Shown here: piece after piece, positions 1 through 10,026 of the stretch | Layout: each line of letters opens with the position of its first letter | How positions within the stretch are numbered: the first letter of the stretch is position 1 | Assembly (NCBI GenBank): GCA_964421125.1 | Contig: CAYQVD010000006.1 | Coordinates: 1-63,005 of the forward strand | From: an uncultured Bdellovibrionales bacterium | GTDB lineage: Bacteria; Patescibacteriota; Minisyncoccia; Moranbacterales; DUUL01 | Length of the DNA: 63,005 bases | Direction: 5' to 3' | The notes under the pieces: model-generated | Seen by the model: the letters and a program-made list of their open reading frames with translations, nothing else | What the model was told of the DNA's origin: nothing | Database searches by the model: none | Made by a program: the position numbers and the translations under genes

Positions 1-46
1 GTCAGTCAGGGTTCTGTTCAAAAAAGGTTAGAATTTCAACCAAAAG

Positions 47-252
47 GTACCGCCAATTTAGAATTTCAGCGTTTTTGGAAAGATTTGTTTCTTCCCGCGC
101 CTGCGGCGCGGTCGCGCTCCGCGCGAAAAGGGCTGATTTTGCAACGATTTGCCACGCTTTGCGTGGCGAAAAAGAAATGTTTTGGTTTTGGATTTGGAAG
201 TTCGTTTTGGCAAAGCCAAAGCAAAACAAAGTTTTGCAACCAATCTTTTTTT
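47..252 (-). repeat. Left, inverted copy of the recombinase 3'-end element. It looks like a remnant 3' end of a paralogous recombinase gene.
   Basis: The reverse complement of 127-204 is identical to 1711-1788 (78 nt). Flanks are diverged but alignable. The minus-strand ORF 2..352 translates to NFQIQNQNISFSPRKAWQIVAKSAL...KNAEILNWR, which mirrors the C-terminus of the 306..1880 protein. A 33-nt insertion lies at 205-237. Confidence 0.8.
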
Positions 253-305
253 GTTTCGCCTTTGGCGAAACTTGGAAGCGATAATTTTTAATAATATTTT
301 GACTT

Positions 306-1880
306 ATGACAAACTCAAATAATACAAAAGAACAAACCAGAAAGTTTTTCATCTACGCCCGCAAATCTACTGATTCAGAGGATCGGCAAATACGAAGTAT
401 TGGCGACCAGATTTCTGAATTGCAGGAATTGGCGAAAAAAGAGAATTTGGAAATTGTTGATACTATCGTAGAAAAACAAACCGCCAAGAAACCTGGTCGC
501 CTTTTGTTTGCCGAAATGTTGAAAAGACTTGAAGCGGGCGAAGCTGTGGGAATTTTAGCTTGGCACCCTGATAGATTGGCAAGAAATAGCGTTGATGGCG
601 GACAAATCATTTATTTGGTGGATACTGGCGTAATTCAAGAGCTAAAATTTCCAACTTTCTGGTTTGATCCAACTCCGCAAGGAAAATTTATGTTAAGTAT
701 AGCTTTCGGGCAGTCAAAATATTATGTTGATAATCTTTCGGAGAATATAAAAAGAGGTCATCGGCAAAAATTGAAAAATGGCTTATGGCCTCAAATGGCT
801 CCGCTTGGTTATCTCAACAACAAAGAAACAAAAATGATTTATGTTGATAAAGAAAAATCGCCATTTATCAAAAAGGCATTTGAGGCATACGCGACTGGAA
901 CCCATACTTTGAAAAATCTCCGAGAGATTATCAACGGCTTGGGACTTGTCGGCAAGAAAGGCAAAATGCTTTCCGTTTCAAATTTTCAATATTTTTTACA
1001 AAGTCCATTCTACTACGGAGTTCTTCGTTATGGTGGAGAATTTTACGAAGGAAAGCATAAACCGATTATTTCAAAGAAACTTTTTGATGAAGTGCAGGAA
1101 GTAATGAAAAGGAAATCTAAACCGCAAAAAGTGGAAAAGATGAAATTTTTTCTTTATCGTGGATTTTTCCATTGTGGAGAATGTGGATTTACAATCACGG
1201 CAGATAAGAAAATAAAGAAAAGTGGTAAAGAATATATTTACTACTATTGCACAAAGAAAAATCCACATCATAAATGCACGCAAAATGTTTTTACGAGAGA
1301 AGAAAAAATTTCATCTCAAATTAAATCTGAACTTCAAAAAGTTTCTTTGCCTGATGATTGTGCTGATTGGATGATCAAAGAATTAAAAAAAGAAAAAATC
1401 CAATCAAGCACATCATCAGATTTTTTTGTGCAAAAGCTAGAAAAGGAACTTTCAAAACTTGATGAGAAATTGGAAAAACTAATGAATGCTTATTTGGAAA
1501 GTGTTTTGAATATCAAGGAATATCAAAAAGCGAAAAATGTTCTCATCAATCAAAAACAAGTTTTGAAAGACAAATTGAACGCTTTTGAACAAAAAAGCAA
1601 TAATCGGTTCGAACTCGCCGACAAGTTTATAAAAGACAGTAAACAAGCCAAAATTATCGCTTCCAAAGAAAATCCCGAAGGGATTCGGGATTTTCTAAAA
1701 AAGATTGGTTCGAACTTCCAAATCCAAAACCAAAACATTTCTTTTTCGCCACGCAAAGCGTGGCAAATCGTTGCAAAATCAGCCCTTTCAGCCTCGCCCG
1801 CAGGCGAGGCGACCGCACCGCAGGTGCGTAAAACTTCCAAAAACTCTGAAATTGTAAATTGGCGGGCTACATCGGTCTAG
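306..1880 (+). CDS. Large serine recombinase (resolvase catalytic domain, recombinase domain and Zn-ribbon)
   Basis: 524-aa ORF. N-terminal FIYARKSTDSEDRQ...GDQ resolvase-type motif, AWHPDRLARN, a central recombinase region, and the Cys cluster CGECGF...YYYCTKK...HKC followed by a coiled-coil tail. Confidence 0.85.
   Translation: MTNSNNTKEQTRKFFIYARKSTDSEDRQIRSIGDQISELQELAKKENLEIVDTIVEKQTAKKPGRLLFAEMLKRLEAGEAVGILAWHPDRLARNSVDGGQIIYLVDTGVIQELKFPTFWFDPTPQGKFMLSIAFGQSKYYVDNLSENIKRGHRQKLKNGLWPQMAPLGYLNNKETKMIYVDKEKSPFIKKAFEAYATGTHTLKNLREIINGLGLVGKKGKMLSVSNFQYFLQSPFYYGVLRYGGEFYEGKHKPIISKKLFDEVQEVMKRKSKPQKVEKMKFFLYRGFFHCGECGFTITADKKIKKSGKEYIYYYCTKKNPHHKCTQNVFTREEKISSQIKSELQKVSLPDDCADWMIKELKKEKIQSSTSSDFFVQKLEKELSKLDEKLEKLMNAYLESVLNIKEYQKAKNVLINQKQVLKDKLNAFEQKSNNRFELADKFIKDSKQAKIIASKENPEGIRDFLKKIGSNFQIQNQNISFSPRKAWQIVAKSALSASPAGEATAPQVRKTSKNSEIVNWRATSV
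1696..1868 (+). repeat. Right copy of the inverted repeat, overlapping the recombinase 3' end
   Basis: Pairs with 47-252 in inverted orientation. Contains the GC-rich hairpins gccacgc-aaa-gcgtggc, gcctcgcc-cgca-ggcgaggc and gcacc-gca-ggtgc in an otherwise AT-rich context. Confidence 0.8.
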
Positions 1881-1881
1881 A

Positions 1882-1914
1882 ACTTACAACTATAGGGAAT
1901 TGTAAGGGTTTTTT
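1882..1914 (+). terminator. Rho-independent terminator after the recombinase gene
   Basis: Stem cttacaa/ttgtaag followed by ggtttttt. Confidence 0.55.
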
Positions 1915-2044
1915 AGGGTTATGTCCAGAATAGAAACTTGAGGAGGATGGGTCGCGATTTTGAAGACTAAATGAGACAAATGAGACATGAGACAGAATGT
2001 GTCTTGTTTTGGGAAATAAGACAGTATATTGTTTCATTTTGAGC

Positions 2045-2767
2045 TTATACTGATTTGAAATAGGATATTTCACCAGTTTCAGCGTCCTGGACAACATTCT
2101 CAACTCTTCGCTTTTCACCAAGAAACATCGTATCATCTAGGGAATATGACTGAAGACGCCTTAAGCCCCTTCCTCTATATTCGAGGCTACAAAAAAGATA
2201 AGTCATAAATGATCCAGTAAACCGGTAACGACGGATACAAGTTTCCAGTTGATCTTCTAATTCTGATTCATATCCTTTCCATGGAGATAAAACGGGTATC
2301 CATTCAATCCAATAACCAATAGTGTATCCTAAAAGCGAAATAATTTCTCTCTTTGCGGATAAGTTTCCTTTTTGTGCGATTCTAACAAAGGCTATACTAA
2401 TCTCATTTCTTATTTTTCTATCATCTGAATCTTGAGGAGATAAAAAGGTATAAATCTTATTTTGATATTTTTTAAGTACCAAATTAAGCTCTCTTTTTCC
2501 TCTATACCATTTCAGTGCTTTCCATTGTTTTTTAGTGCAGTTATTTCTACCAATCCATCTTTTTTGAAATTCCTTATTCAAGCTACCAACAATTTTATCC
2601 CAATCAATGTCGTCAGTTTCAGTACGGATATTTTTCCAAATAAAGCGATAAATATGGGGAGCATTTTGGTGAATCCAAGAGCGAGTGATTTTAGGAGGCT
2701 GTTTTTTCGAGAACAAATCATTAAGCTCTTTAGTGACAGATGAAAGATCCATTTGATTATAGATCAA
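2045..2767 (-). CDS. Hypothetical protein, last gene of the minus-strand block
   Basis: 240-aa ORF tightly spaced after the helicase gene. Only a weak resemblance to sigma-70 region 2 (YRFTGSFMTYLFCSLEYRGR). No confident family assignment. Confidence 0.5.
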   Translation of the reverse strand: MIYNQMDLSSVTKELNDLFSKKQPPKITRSWIHQNAPHIYRFIWKNIRTETDDIDWDKIVGSLNKEFQKRWIGRNNCTKKQWKALKWYRGKRELNLVLKKYQNKIYTFLSPQDSDDRKIRNEISIAFVRIAQKGNLSAKREIISLLGYTIGYWIEWIPVLSPWKGYESELEDQLETCIRRYRFTGSFMTYLFCSLEYRGRGLRRLQSYSLDDTMFLGEKRRVENVVQDAETGEISYFKSV

Positions 2768-2776
2768 ATTTTGATT

Positions 2777-5461
2777 TTAGTAGATGCACATCTTTATTAT
2801 TAAACTTTTTTCCAAATTATCTAATATTTTTTTCTCTGTCCCTGGTGTCCAGTATATTTTCAATTCTTCTTTTGCGCGAGTAATAGCAGTATAGAATATA
2901 TTGTGTGTAATCATTTCCTCTGTTTCATCAGTAATAACGACTTTAACAGAGTTGTATTCTAGCCCTTGGGCTTTATGTATTGAAACCGCGTAAGCTATCT
3001 GAAAAGGAACTACCGCACGTGAAGAATCATCATCCTCATCTGTACTCTTTAACTTATTAACAGAAAATCTAATTATAGATTTGCCATTATCAGATTCTCC
3101 CAATAGCTCTAATTCAGTTCCAATAATATCTAATTCATTTATAGACTTATCAATTTCAATATCGAATTGTACCTTATCATCAAAAATTTCTATACCGAAT
3201 ATTTCTCCTTTGAGATTATTATGAATTAAAGGTTTGAATCTTTTAGATTCGTTGAATAGAATAGGATCGTTAACTTTGTAAGTATGAACACCCCATTGCT
3301 CAGATTCGTTTTTATTGTTTCCTTGCAAAAATCTATTGATATTATTTATCCCATACAGTCCATCATAGTTTAAACATAAAATTATTTCGTCATCTTTAGA
3401 ATATTCAAATATTGATTCGTTTAATGGTGTATTATAATTATTAGTTGTTATGTGTTCTAGAATATCACCTTCAATATTTCTGACCTTACTCCATAAAGTA
3501 AGTAGCTTTTTGTTTTTAGTGCGATATGGTATCGTCAACTCAAATACTGAAGTTTTTGGAAGGAATGATTCTGCTATTCCAAACCAGTTTCCAAAAAGTA
3601 TTGATTCAATTTGAAAAACATCACCTACTAAAACCAGTAATTCAAAAGACGCCTTTTTTAACACCCTTAGCATATCTGAATTACTAACTGTGCTACATTC
3701 ATCAATAATCAACAAATCGAAGTCAGTGTCAATATCATTTTTATATAAAAAACTAGCTATTGTCTGAAATGTAGAGTTTGTAACACTCACTCTTCTTTTT
3801 AAATTATTAACTGCTGGGTTGGTATTGGCTAAATAAAGTTTTTTTTGATTTTTATGAAAAGTAGAGATGTGGGTTATTAATTTTGTTTTCCCAGTTCCCG
3901 CAGAACCATATATCATCGCCACACGTGAGTTTTCAAATGTCTGCTTCAGAATCTTTTTCTTTTCACCACAATCAACACCATGATCATCAGATTGTAGCCA
4001 TCCATCAACAGAATTTGAATAATTTTTAAAACCTGAAGACGATAATTCTTTTAATTTCTCAATAATGCTAAGGGCATCTTCTTCATACGCCTTTATATAA
4101 ATGTGCTTTTTATAATCAACTAAAGAACACTTGGGTCTGTGCTTGTAATACAATTTGTCATTATATATTTGCATTAACATATCGATGTTTTCACAAGTGG
4201 TGATATCTTTTCTTGGTGTGTATAATTGTCCTTTTTGTTCTGTATTATTTTTTATAAATCTTGCAAACAACTCATGCTCACGATTTATTGGATCTATGCA
4301 ATCCATTAAATCACGAAGCTTAGGATTGTGTTTTATTAGGGAAAAATTTAATGGCATATTATCAAATGGTTTACAGCTCCATTGGAGGTTTAAGTTTGAC
4401 AACAAGCCACAAGTCTCATGATTATATTGCAATTTAAGAATCTTATTATTAAGCATATAAAGCAAATACTTGATAACATTATTACCAGCGCCATTATTTT
4501 TTATTAATTCGCGACTTTTATCTAAAACATTCAGAATGTGGGCTGTTTTTCCCTTTTTCGATACAATTTCCTTAAAGCGTTGGTAATATCTATCAGGGAA
4601 TTGAACAATTTCAAGTAAATTCAAACCCGTTTTAGTCAAAAATGACATCAGCTCGCGAGATTCGGCTGTACTAACTGATATTTTTGAATGCTTACCAAAT
4701 ATATCAGCGAAATGATTGAGTTCACATGGGCGAATTGATACTTCCCAGCTATCAATAATTTGAATCGGCATCTTTCTATCTAAAATCTCTATAACGTCAT
4801 TACTTATAATGAGCTTTACAGCATAGTTTGGCAATATATAAAATTTCGTAAAAGCGATAACTCTATCAAATTTACTTACATTATCAATGGCTGTTGTAAG
4901 GGTTACTTCATAATACACTTCATTATTAACAAAAAATGGTTTCGCTTTTCTAATATAATACCTGTCACTATAAGCGTTCCTTTTTCTTTTTGATATTGAT
5001 TCATTAATTTTTTCAACTATTTTCTCATAATATTCTTGGAGTGCTGGGTCAATCACAATAGGAAATTTATCAATATTTTCTAAAACATCAAAGTTGTATT
5101 TATTCTTTAAAAAAGATTTGATTTTAAGCAAATACTCATAATATTTCAGCATTAGCCTTTCTGAGCTTTCTTCTTCTTGGGTATAATGAGAAGCTGACTT
5201 CTGTAAAAGTTTATGAAACTTACTCAAAAATTTTAAATCTCCTTTAGCTCCTATGTAATTATTTGCTTTTACAATATTTTCATAAGAGTTATCTATATCC
5301 TGTCCCTTGCTATATATTTTTAATGAGATATGCTCAATAAAATTTCTAAGCTGGGATAAGATATTCTGTGACAATAAACCTCTTTCATTAACCTCAAACT
5401 TATCAATATTATTACAAATTGCTTTGTTGACAGCTATAATACGATCGTCTATTTTATTCAT
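2777..5461 (-). CDS. SF1 (RecD/Dda/Pif1-like) helicase domain fused to a ~500-aa N-terminal region of unknown function
   Basis: Walker A MIYGSAGTGKTK, Walker B LLIIDECS, C-terminal VSIHKAQGLEYNSVKVV and YTAITRAK motifs typical of the AAA_30/UvrD_C_2 architecture. I recognise no motif in the N-terminal half. Confidence 0.7.
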   Translation of the reverse strand: MNKIDDRIIAVNKAICNNIDKFEVNERGLLSQNILSQLRNFIEHISLKIYSKGQDIDNSYENIVKANNYIGAKGDLKFLSKFHKLLQKSASHYTQEEESSERLMLKYYEYLLKIKSFLKNKYNFDVLENIDKFPIVIDPALQEYYEKIVEKINESISKRKRNAYSDRYYIRKAKPFFVNNEVYYEVTLTTAIDNVSKFDRVIAFTKFYILPNYAVKLIISNDVIEILDRKMPIQIIDSWEVSIRPCELNHFADIFGKHSKISVSTAESRELMSFLTKTGLNLLEIVQFPDRYYQRFKEIVSKKGKTAHILNVLDKSRELIKNNGAGNNVIKYLLYMLNNKILKLQYNHETCGLLSNLNLQWSCKPFDNMPLNFSLIKHNPKLRDLMDCIDPINREHELFARFIKNNTEQKGQLYTPRKDITTCENIDMLMQIYNDKLYYKHRPKCSLVDYKKHIYIKAYEEDALSIIEKLKELSSSGFKNYSNSVDGWLQSDDHGVDCGEKKKILKQTFENSRVAMIYGSAGTGKTKLITHISTFHKNQKKLYLANTNPAVNNLKRRVSVTNSTFQTIASFLYKNDIDTDFDLLIIDECSTVSNSDMLRVLKKASFELLVLVGDVFQIESILFGNWFGIAESFLPKTSVFELTIPYRTKNKKLLTLWSKVRNIEGDILEHITTNNYNTPLNESIFEYSKDDEIILCLNYDGLYGINNINRFLQGNNKNESEQWGVHTYKVNDPILFNESKRFKPLIHNNLKGEIFGIEIFDDKVQFDIEIDKSINELDIIGTELELLGESDNGKSIIRFSVNKLKSTDEDDDSSRAVVPFQIAYAVSIHKAQGLEYNSVKVVITDETEEMITHNIFYTAITRAKEELKIYWTPGTEKKILDNLEKSLIIKMCIY

Positions 5462-5465
5462 AACG

Positions 5466-6113
5466 TTATTTTAAATCTGTCGTAATTTTTAAATGCTTCT
5501 TTTTGTCATCTTCTTTTATCAATTTAGATGTATTAACTTCTTTATATTCCACATGAACCATATCTTGGTCATCTTTTACTAAATAACTTTCGGGTTTATT
5601 TGGAAGTACGTCTTTATTGTCTTTAATAAGGAATAATTCAAAATGAGTTTTTCCGGTAGCTATGTTTTTAATAACTCTTGGTTTTAGTTTTTCTTGTCTG
5701 ATAAATTTTCTAATAGTTGGGCTTTTGATTTTAAAGTAATAATCAAATTCCCGCTTTGAATACCAAGATTTAGTATCCTTGCAAACACTTTTAGGAATAA
5801 TTTTCTTATCTAGTGCCTTCTGACAATGCAGACATTTTATTCCACTCTCATCCCACCACGTTTGCTCATTAGAAATATTCTCTCTGCAAATTAAACAGCT
5901 ATATGTTTTTTCATCATCCAAATGAAATCCCTTTGGATGATCTTTGAGCTTGTGTTTGCGGATGCAATCTTCTTTACACGAGTCATAAATAATCTGAACA
6001 AACCCCAAAAGACTACGAGCTTCTTCCATTGCTTCTTTTCGAGGTAATTCTTTTCCATGCTTTTTCTTGTATATCTCTTGGAATTCTTTGATGTATTTGT
6101 CAGATGGTTCCAT
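5466..6113 (-). CDS. Hypothetical Zn-ribbon protein with a possible excisionase/MerR-like HTH
   Basis: 215-aa ORF with CLICREN...CLHCQKA (CxxC...CxxC), then WYSKREFDYYFKIKSPTIRKFI. A 4-nt gap separates it from the helicase gene. Confidence 0.45.
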   Translation of the reverse strand: MEPSDKYIKEFQEIYKKKHGKELPRKEAMEEARSLLGFVQIIYDSCKEDCIRKHKLKDHPKGFHLDDEKTYSCLICRENISNEQTWWDESGIKCLHCQKALDKKIIPKSVCKDTKSWYSKREFDYYFKIKSPTIRKFIRQEKLKPRVIKNIATGKTHFELFLIKDNKDVLPNKPESYLVKDDQDMVHVEYKEVNTSKLIKEDDKKKHLKITTDLK

Positions 6114-6122
6114 TTGCTTTTG

Positions 6123-6821
6123 TTACGAAAGTCTCATCTCCAATTTCTCCTTAATCTTTTCCCATCTTGGATATTTGGACTTTAATAATTTATAAAATCG
6201 CTTATCGTGATTCTTGTATTTAATATGGCAAAGTTCGTGAGTGATTACATAATCAATACAATCTTTTGAAGCATGTATGAGCAACGGATTGAGAACAATA
6301 CTTTTGCCACGAGTGCAACTGCCCCAACGCTTCTGCATTTTTCTTATCTCCATTTTTAGCTTATGATCATAATCAAATTTTTTGAATATTTCTATGTACC
6401 TATCCTCAAATACTTTTCTGGATCTCCGATTATACCAAGCATTTAAATATATTCTTGTATGCAATCCATCGCTTACTAATTTTGTAGTAAAAAAGACGAG
6501 TTTCCCGTTTTGCAAAACAACGCGGTCTTCTTTTGATTTTTTAACAATCAGCTGATACTGCCTACCAAGATACAAAAAGCTTTCACCAGATATATATTCT
6601 TTTTCATAAATCTTTTTCTGAAACTTTTTGAAAAAATTCAATTGTTTCTGTAACCAAAACCATTTCTTCTTTAAGAATTTTTCGATACGCTCTGCATCCG
6701 CTTGAGGGGGACATTTTACAAAAATACTCATATCAGGCATCACCGTTAAACCTAGAGTTTTCCGATTTTCCCGTATAAGTTCATATTCATATGCGAACGA
6801 TCCATAAACAAACTTGTTCAT
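6123..6821 (-). CDS. DUF45/YgjP-like (M48/WLM-type) metal-dependent hydrolase
   Basis: HELCHIKYKNH zinc motif near the C-terminus. About 230 aa, located directly downstream of hsdR, which is the usual position for this family. Confidence 0.75.
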   Translation of the reverse strand: MNKFVYGSFAYEYELIRENRKTLGLTVMPDMSIFVKCPPQADAERIEKFLKKKWFWLQKQLNFFKKFQKKIYEKEYISGESFLYLGRQYQLIVKKSKEDRVVLQNGKLVFFTTKLVSDGLHTRIYLNAWYNRRSRKVFEDRYIEIFKKFDYDHKLKMEIRKMQKRWGSCTRGKSIVLNPLLIHASKDCIDYVITHELCHIKYKNHDKRFYKLLKSKYPRWEKIKEKLEMRLS

Positions 6822-6830
6822 ATTTTTATT

Positions 6831-9800
6831 TTAAGCAATGACTTCGTTATTGTTTTCCGCAAGTTGCATTGCGACATTAATAATTGCTTTCATTTCTTCA
6901 TTAGAAAGCTCAATATTTTTCTGACCCTTGACGACATCATACAAATAGTCATCAATAACATTTATCATCTTGCGCTTTACATCTCCATTCTTATACCAAT
7001 CAACAATCGCTTCGCCTTTGATAATGTTTAAAATATCCAATACAACATCGATATAGACTTGTTCATCTGTAATATGTTTATCAAAAGATTCCCGCAAATT
7101 ACGATAGAAAACATCAGCTCCCTTATGCGAAGTTATTTGTGATGGTAAGGCTTCATCTTTCTTGCTTACTACATCATCGCGAATAAGCTTCATTTGTTTT
7201 AATGTTTCAACGTCAGCTAATTTGCCGATCCTCATTTCATTAAGTATTTCTGAAATCTTTTTTGAAAATCGGTTATAAAACTCTGGATCCATATCCATTT
7301 TTTCAGTAATAGTTTTTTGAGTTTGAGCGGCAATCGCCTCAGCCTTTGATTTATCAGAACCAAGATTTTCAACAGCCTCTTCAAATTGTTTACGGTCAGT
7401 AATGTTAACTTGCTTTGTTAAAAGCTCAACGCCTTTTGCATCAACATACTTATCTAGAATATTCACTAGAGACTGCTTGTATTGCGCTAAATCAATTCTA
7501 TCGGCATATTTCAAACTCGCAGATTTTCGCAATTCCATAAACTTCTTAAGATCCTTTTTATAAGTTTCGAGATGCTTGAAATCATGTACAAAATCTTGCA
7601 ATACAAAACATTCATTTAAATTTTTGATAAAGTCATTAAGGGTTTTGTAAAAAGTTTCTCTTCTTGGACCATCTTCAAGAAATTGCAGATACATCTCATC
7701 ATCAGAAGATGTTTTCAACTCTTTAAATAAATCGCTTAAAAGACCGTAGCTTTGTTCCAGTTCTTTAATTTTTTCGTTAACATCTATCAGCGTATCCTTA
7801 ACATCCAGCTCATCATAATTTCCAAAAAGTTTCATTGCAGTGTTGATGTTTTTAGCATTTTCTGAATAGTCAATAATGTAGCCGGCTGTTTTTGGAAGTT
7901 TCTTATTTTCATGCAAACGATTAACTCGAGCAATGGCTTGAAGTAAATTATGATCCCTGAGATCTTTTGTTAGATATAAAACCGTATTTCTTGGAGCATC
8001 AAAACCAGTTAGAAGCTTATCCACAACAATAATTATTTCTACGCCTGCATCATTATGCTTAAAGCTTTCTATTACATCTCTTTCATACTTTGAAACACTG
8101 CTATGATTTTTTCTAACATCATTAAGATAGGACACAACTTCTTTTTTGTGAGTATTTTCTTCGTTACCGTCTTCATGTTCATCAGAGATTACAACAGCCG
8201 TTCTTATTCTTCCACTAGCTTCAAAGAATTTCTGAAACAAAACAGCCGAAAACTTAGAAGGAGCAACGATTTGAGCTTTTAACCCAGTATCTTGAAAATT
8301 TTCACAATAATGTTTTTCAATATCATAGGAAATCTCAAGAATTCTTTGTGGGTTATCTTTGATAATCTTAGTTCCAACAAATCTTTGCAAGTCTTTTTTT
8401 TGCTTATCACTTAGTCCTTCTGTGATTCTTTCCATCTGTCTATCAATTTGCTCAGCATTTTGAACTAAATCTACATAGCGACCCTCATAGATTAGAGGTA
8501 GAATAATCTTATCCGCCAAAGCATCGTCTATTGTATATTTATCAATATACCCTCCAAATTTTCGCCAACTTTCTTTTTCCTTGCTCATGAGGGGAGTACC
8601 AGTAAATCCAATATAACAGGCATTAGGAATAATTCGATTCATCTCAATATTTGCGACACCATTCTGACTACGATGAGCTTCATCAATCAAAACAAAAATA
8701 TTCTTATCCCTATCAACAAGCCCGATATTTTTTTTATGAGCAGATTCAAATTTATGTACTAAGGTAGTGATAACTGAAAGATTTTTTTCTTTGATTAAGT
8801 CAATTAAATGTTGTCCACTAGTCGCCTGAGTGACTTCTTTTTTTAAATTACAATTCCTAAAAGTGTCTTTGATTTGTTTGTCTAAATCTTTTCGATCAGT
8901 GACTATGATCACACGAGGGTTGCTGATATGTGGATTTTCAATCAAGGCTTTCACAAACATCACCATCGTTAAAGACTTTCCAGATCCTTGAGTGTGCCAC
9001 ACTAAGCCTCCTTTTCTGCGAGTATCTCCTTTTTTGGTGGTTTCTTCCTCAAAAGTTCTTTTGAGTATTTTATGAATAGCAAAATATTGTTGATAACGAG
9101 AAAGTTTTTTAATACCCGCATCAAAAAGAATATAGTTTTTAGTTAAATCCAAAAGTCTTTTTGGGTTAAAAAGAGAAATAACCCCTCTGTCTTGCTCAGT
9201 AGGCAATCGATCTGTTTTTTGTAAATGTCCAAAAGTTGCTCCATTCAAGTCAGTCAGAATTTGCTCATAGATTTCAACGGGAATTTCCTTATTGATAAGT
9301 TCTGTTATTTGCGAATCAAGATCTTCCTTGGAAGTTTCTTTTTCTTTCCAAACCGCATAAAATTTATTAGGAGTTCCTGTAGTCCCGTATTTTAGTTCTT
9401 TGCCATTAGTACTAACAAGGAGTTGCGCATAGGTAAAAAGCTTTGGACAAAATTCTGGTCCCTGATTGCGATTCATTTGATTGATTGCATCTGAGACAGC
9501 CACACTCGATTTTTTGTTTTCAATCACTGCTAAAGGAATTCCATTCACAAAACAAACGATGTCAGGACGGATGTTTTGTTTTCCAGTTGCTTCAAATTCA
9601 ACCGTCACATGAAAGTCATTATTTTCGGGATTTTCAAAATCAATAAACCTAAAATTCTTGGAGCTTGTTTTTCCTCTATGATTAACCTTGATTGTTTTGC
9701 CCCCACTAGTTGGCATGATAGTGTTGTATATTTTTTGAGAAGTATCAATCAGTCCTTCATATTGAATGTTCTCCAACTCATCAATCACGTCCCTGACATC

Positions 9801-10022
9801 TTTTTCACTAAATTTATATTCTTTGCCATTAATTTCATAGTTGTTTATCTCCATCAGTTTTTTGGAAGCGATATCTGAAAGGATGAAATTGGTGGAGTCT
9901 TCACCTCTTTGTTTCAAAGCTTCTTTGACAGGAATATATTGATATCCCATATTCAAAAGCATTTCCACAAAAGGGAGTTGGGACTGTCTTGATTCATCAA
10001 AATGTAAATTTTTTAGAGACAT
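6831..10022 (-). CDS. hsdR: Type I restriction enzyme R subunit
   Basis: 1063 aa. Motif I VWHTQGSGKSLTM, DEAH box VLIDEAHRSQ, FTGTP, and a C-terminal helical domain. Lies in an operon with hsdM and hsdS. Confidence 0.9.
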   Translation of the reverse strand: MSLKNLHFDESRQSQLPFVEMLLNMGYQYIPVKEALKQRGEDSTNFILSDIASKKLMEINNYEINGKEYKFSEKDVRDVIDELENIQYEGLIDTSQKIYNTIMPTSGGKTIKVNHRGKTSSKNFRFIDFENPENNDFHVTVEFEATGKQNIRPDIVCFVNGIPLAVIENKKSSVAVSDAINQMNRNQGPEFCPKLFTYAQLLVSTNGKELKYGTTGTPNKFYAVWKEKETSKEDLDSQITELINKEIPVEIYEQILTDLNGATFGHLQKTDRLPTEQDRGVISLFNPKRLLDLTKNYILFDAGIKKLSRYQQYFAIHKILKRTFEEETTKKGDTRRKGGLVWHTQGSGKSLTMVMFVKALIENPHISNPRVIIVTDRKDLDKQIKDTFRNCNLKKEVTQATSGQHLIDLIKEKNLSVITTLVHKFESAHKKNIGLVDRDKNIFVLIDEAHRSQNGVANIEMNRIIPNACYIGFTGTPLMSKEKESWRKFGGYIDKYTIDDALADKIILPLIYEGRYVDLVQNAEQIDRQMERITEGLSDKQKKDLQRFVGTKIIKDNPQRILEISYDIEKHYCENFQDTGLKAQIVAPSKFSAVLFQKFFEASGRIRTAVVISDEHEDGNEENTHKKEVVSYLNDVRKNHSSVSKYERDVIESFKHNDAGVEIIIVVDKLLTGFDAPRNTVLYLTKDLRDHNLLQAIARVNRLHENKKLPKTAGYIIDYSENAKNINTAMKLFGNYDELDVKDTLIDVNEKIKELEQSYGLLSDLFKELKTSSDDEMYLQFLEDGPRRETFYKTLNDFIKNLNECFVLQDFVHDFKHLETYKKDLKKFMELRKSASLKYADRIDLAQYKQSLVNILDKYVDAKGVELLTKQVNITDRKQFEEAVENLGSDKSKAEAIAAQTQKTITEKMDMDPEFYNRFSKKISEILNEMRIGKLADVETLKQMKLIRDDVVSKKDEALPSQITSHKGADVFYRNLRESFDKHITDEQVYIDVVLDILNIIKGEAIVDWYKNGDVKRKMINVIDDYLYDVVKGQKNIELSNEEMKAIINVAMQLAENNNEVIA

Positions 10023-10026
10023 ATGA

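Noticed and set aside
2-352. 116-aa minus-strand ORF as a real gene
   Set aside because: Only its C-terminal ~55 aa resemble anything, namely the recombinase tail. The rest overlaps the recombinase promoter and start region. It is better explained as the inverted repeat or gene remnant.
1867-2136. 89-aa minus-strand ORF spanning the recombinase terminator and the end of the 240-aa gene
   Set aside because: It overlaps the stop region of 2045..2767 and a terminator hairpin, has no motif support, and is probably non-coding.
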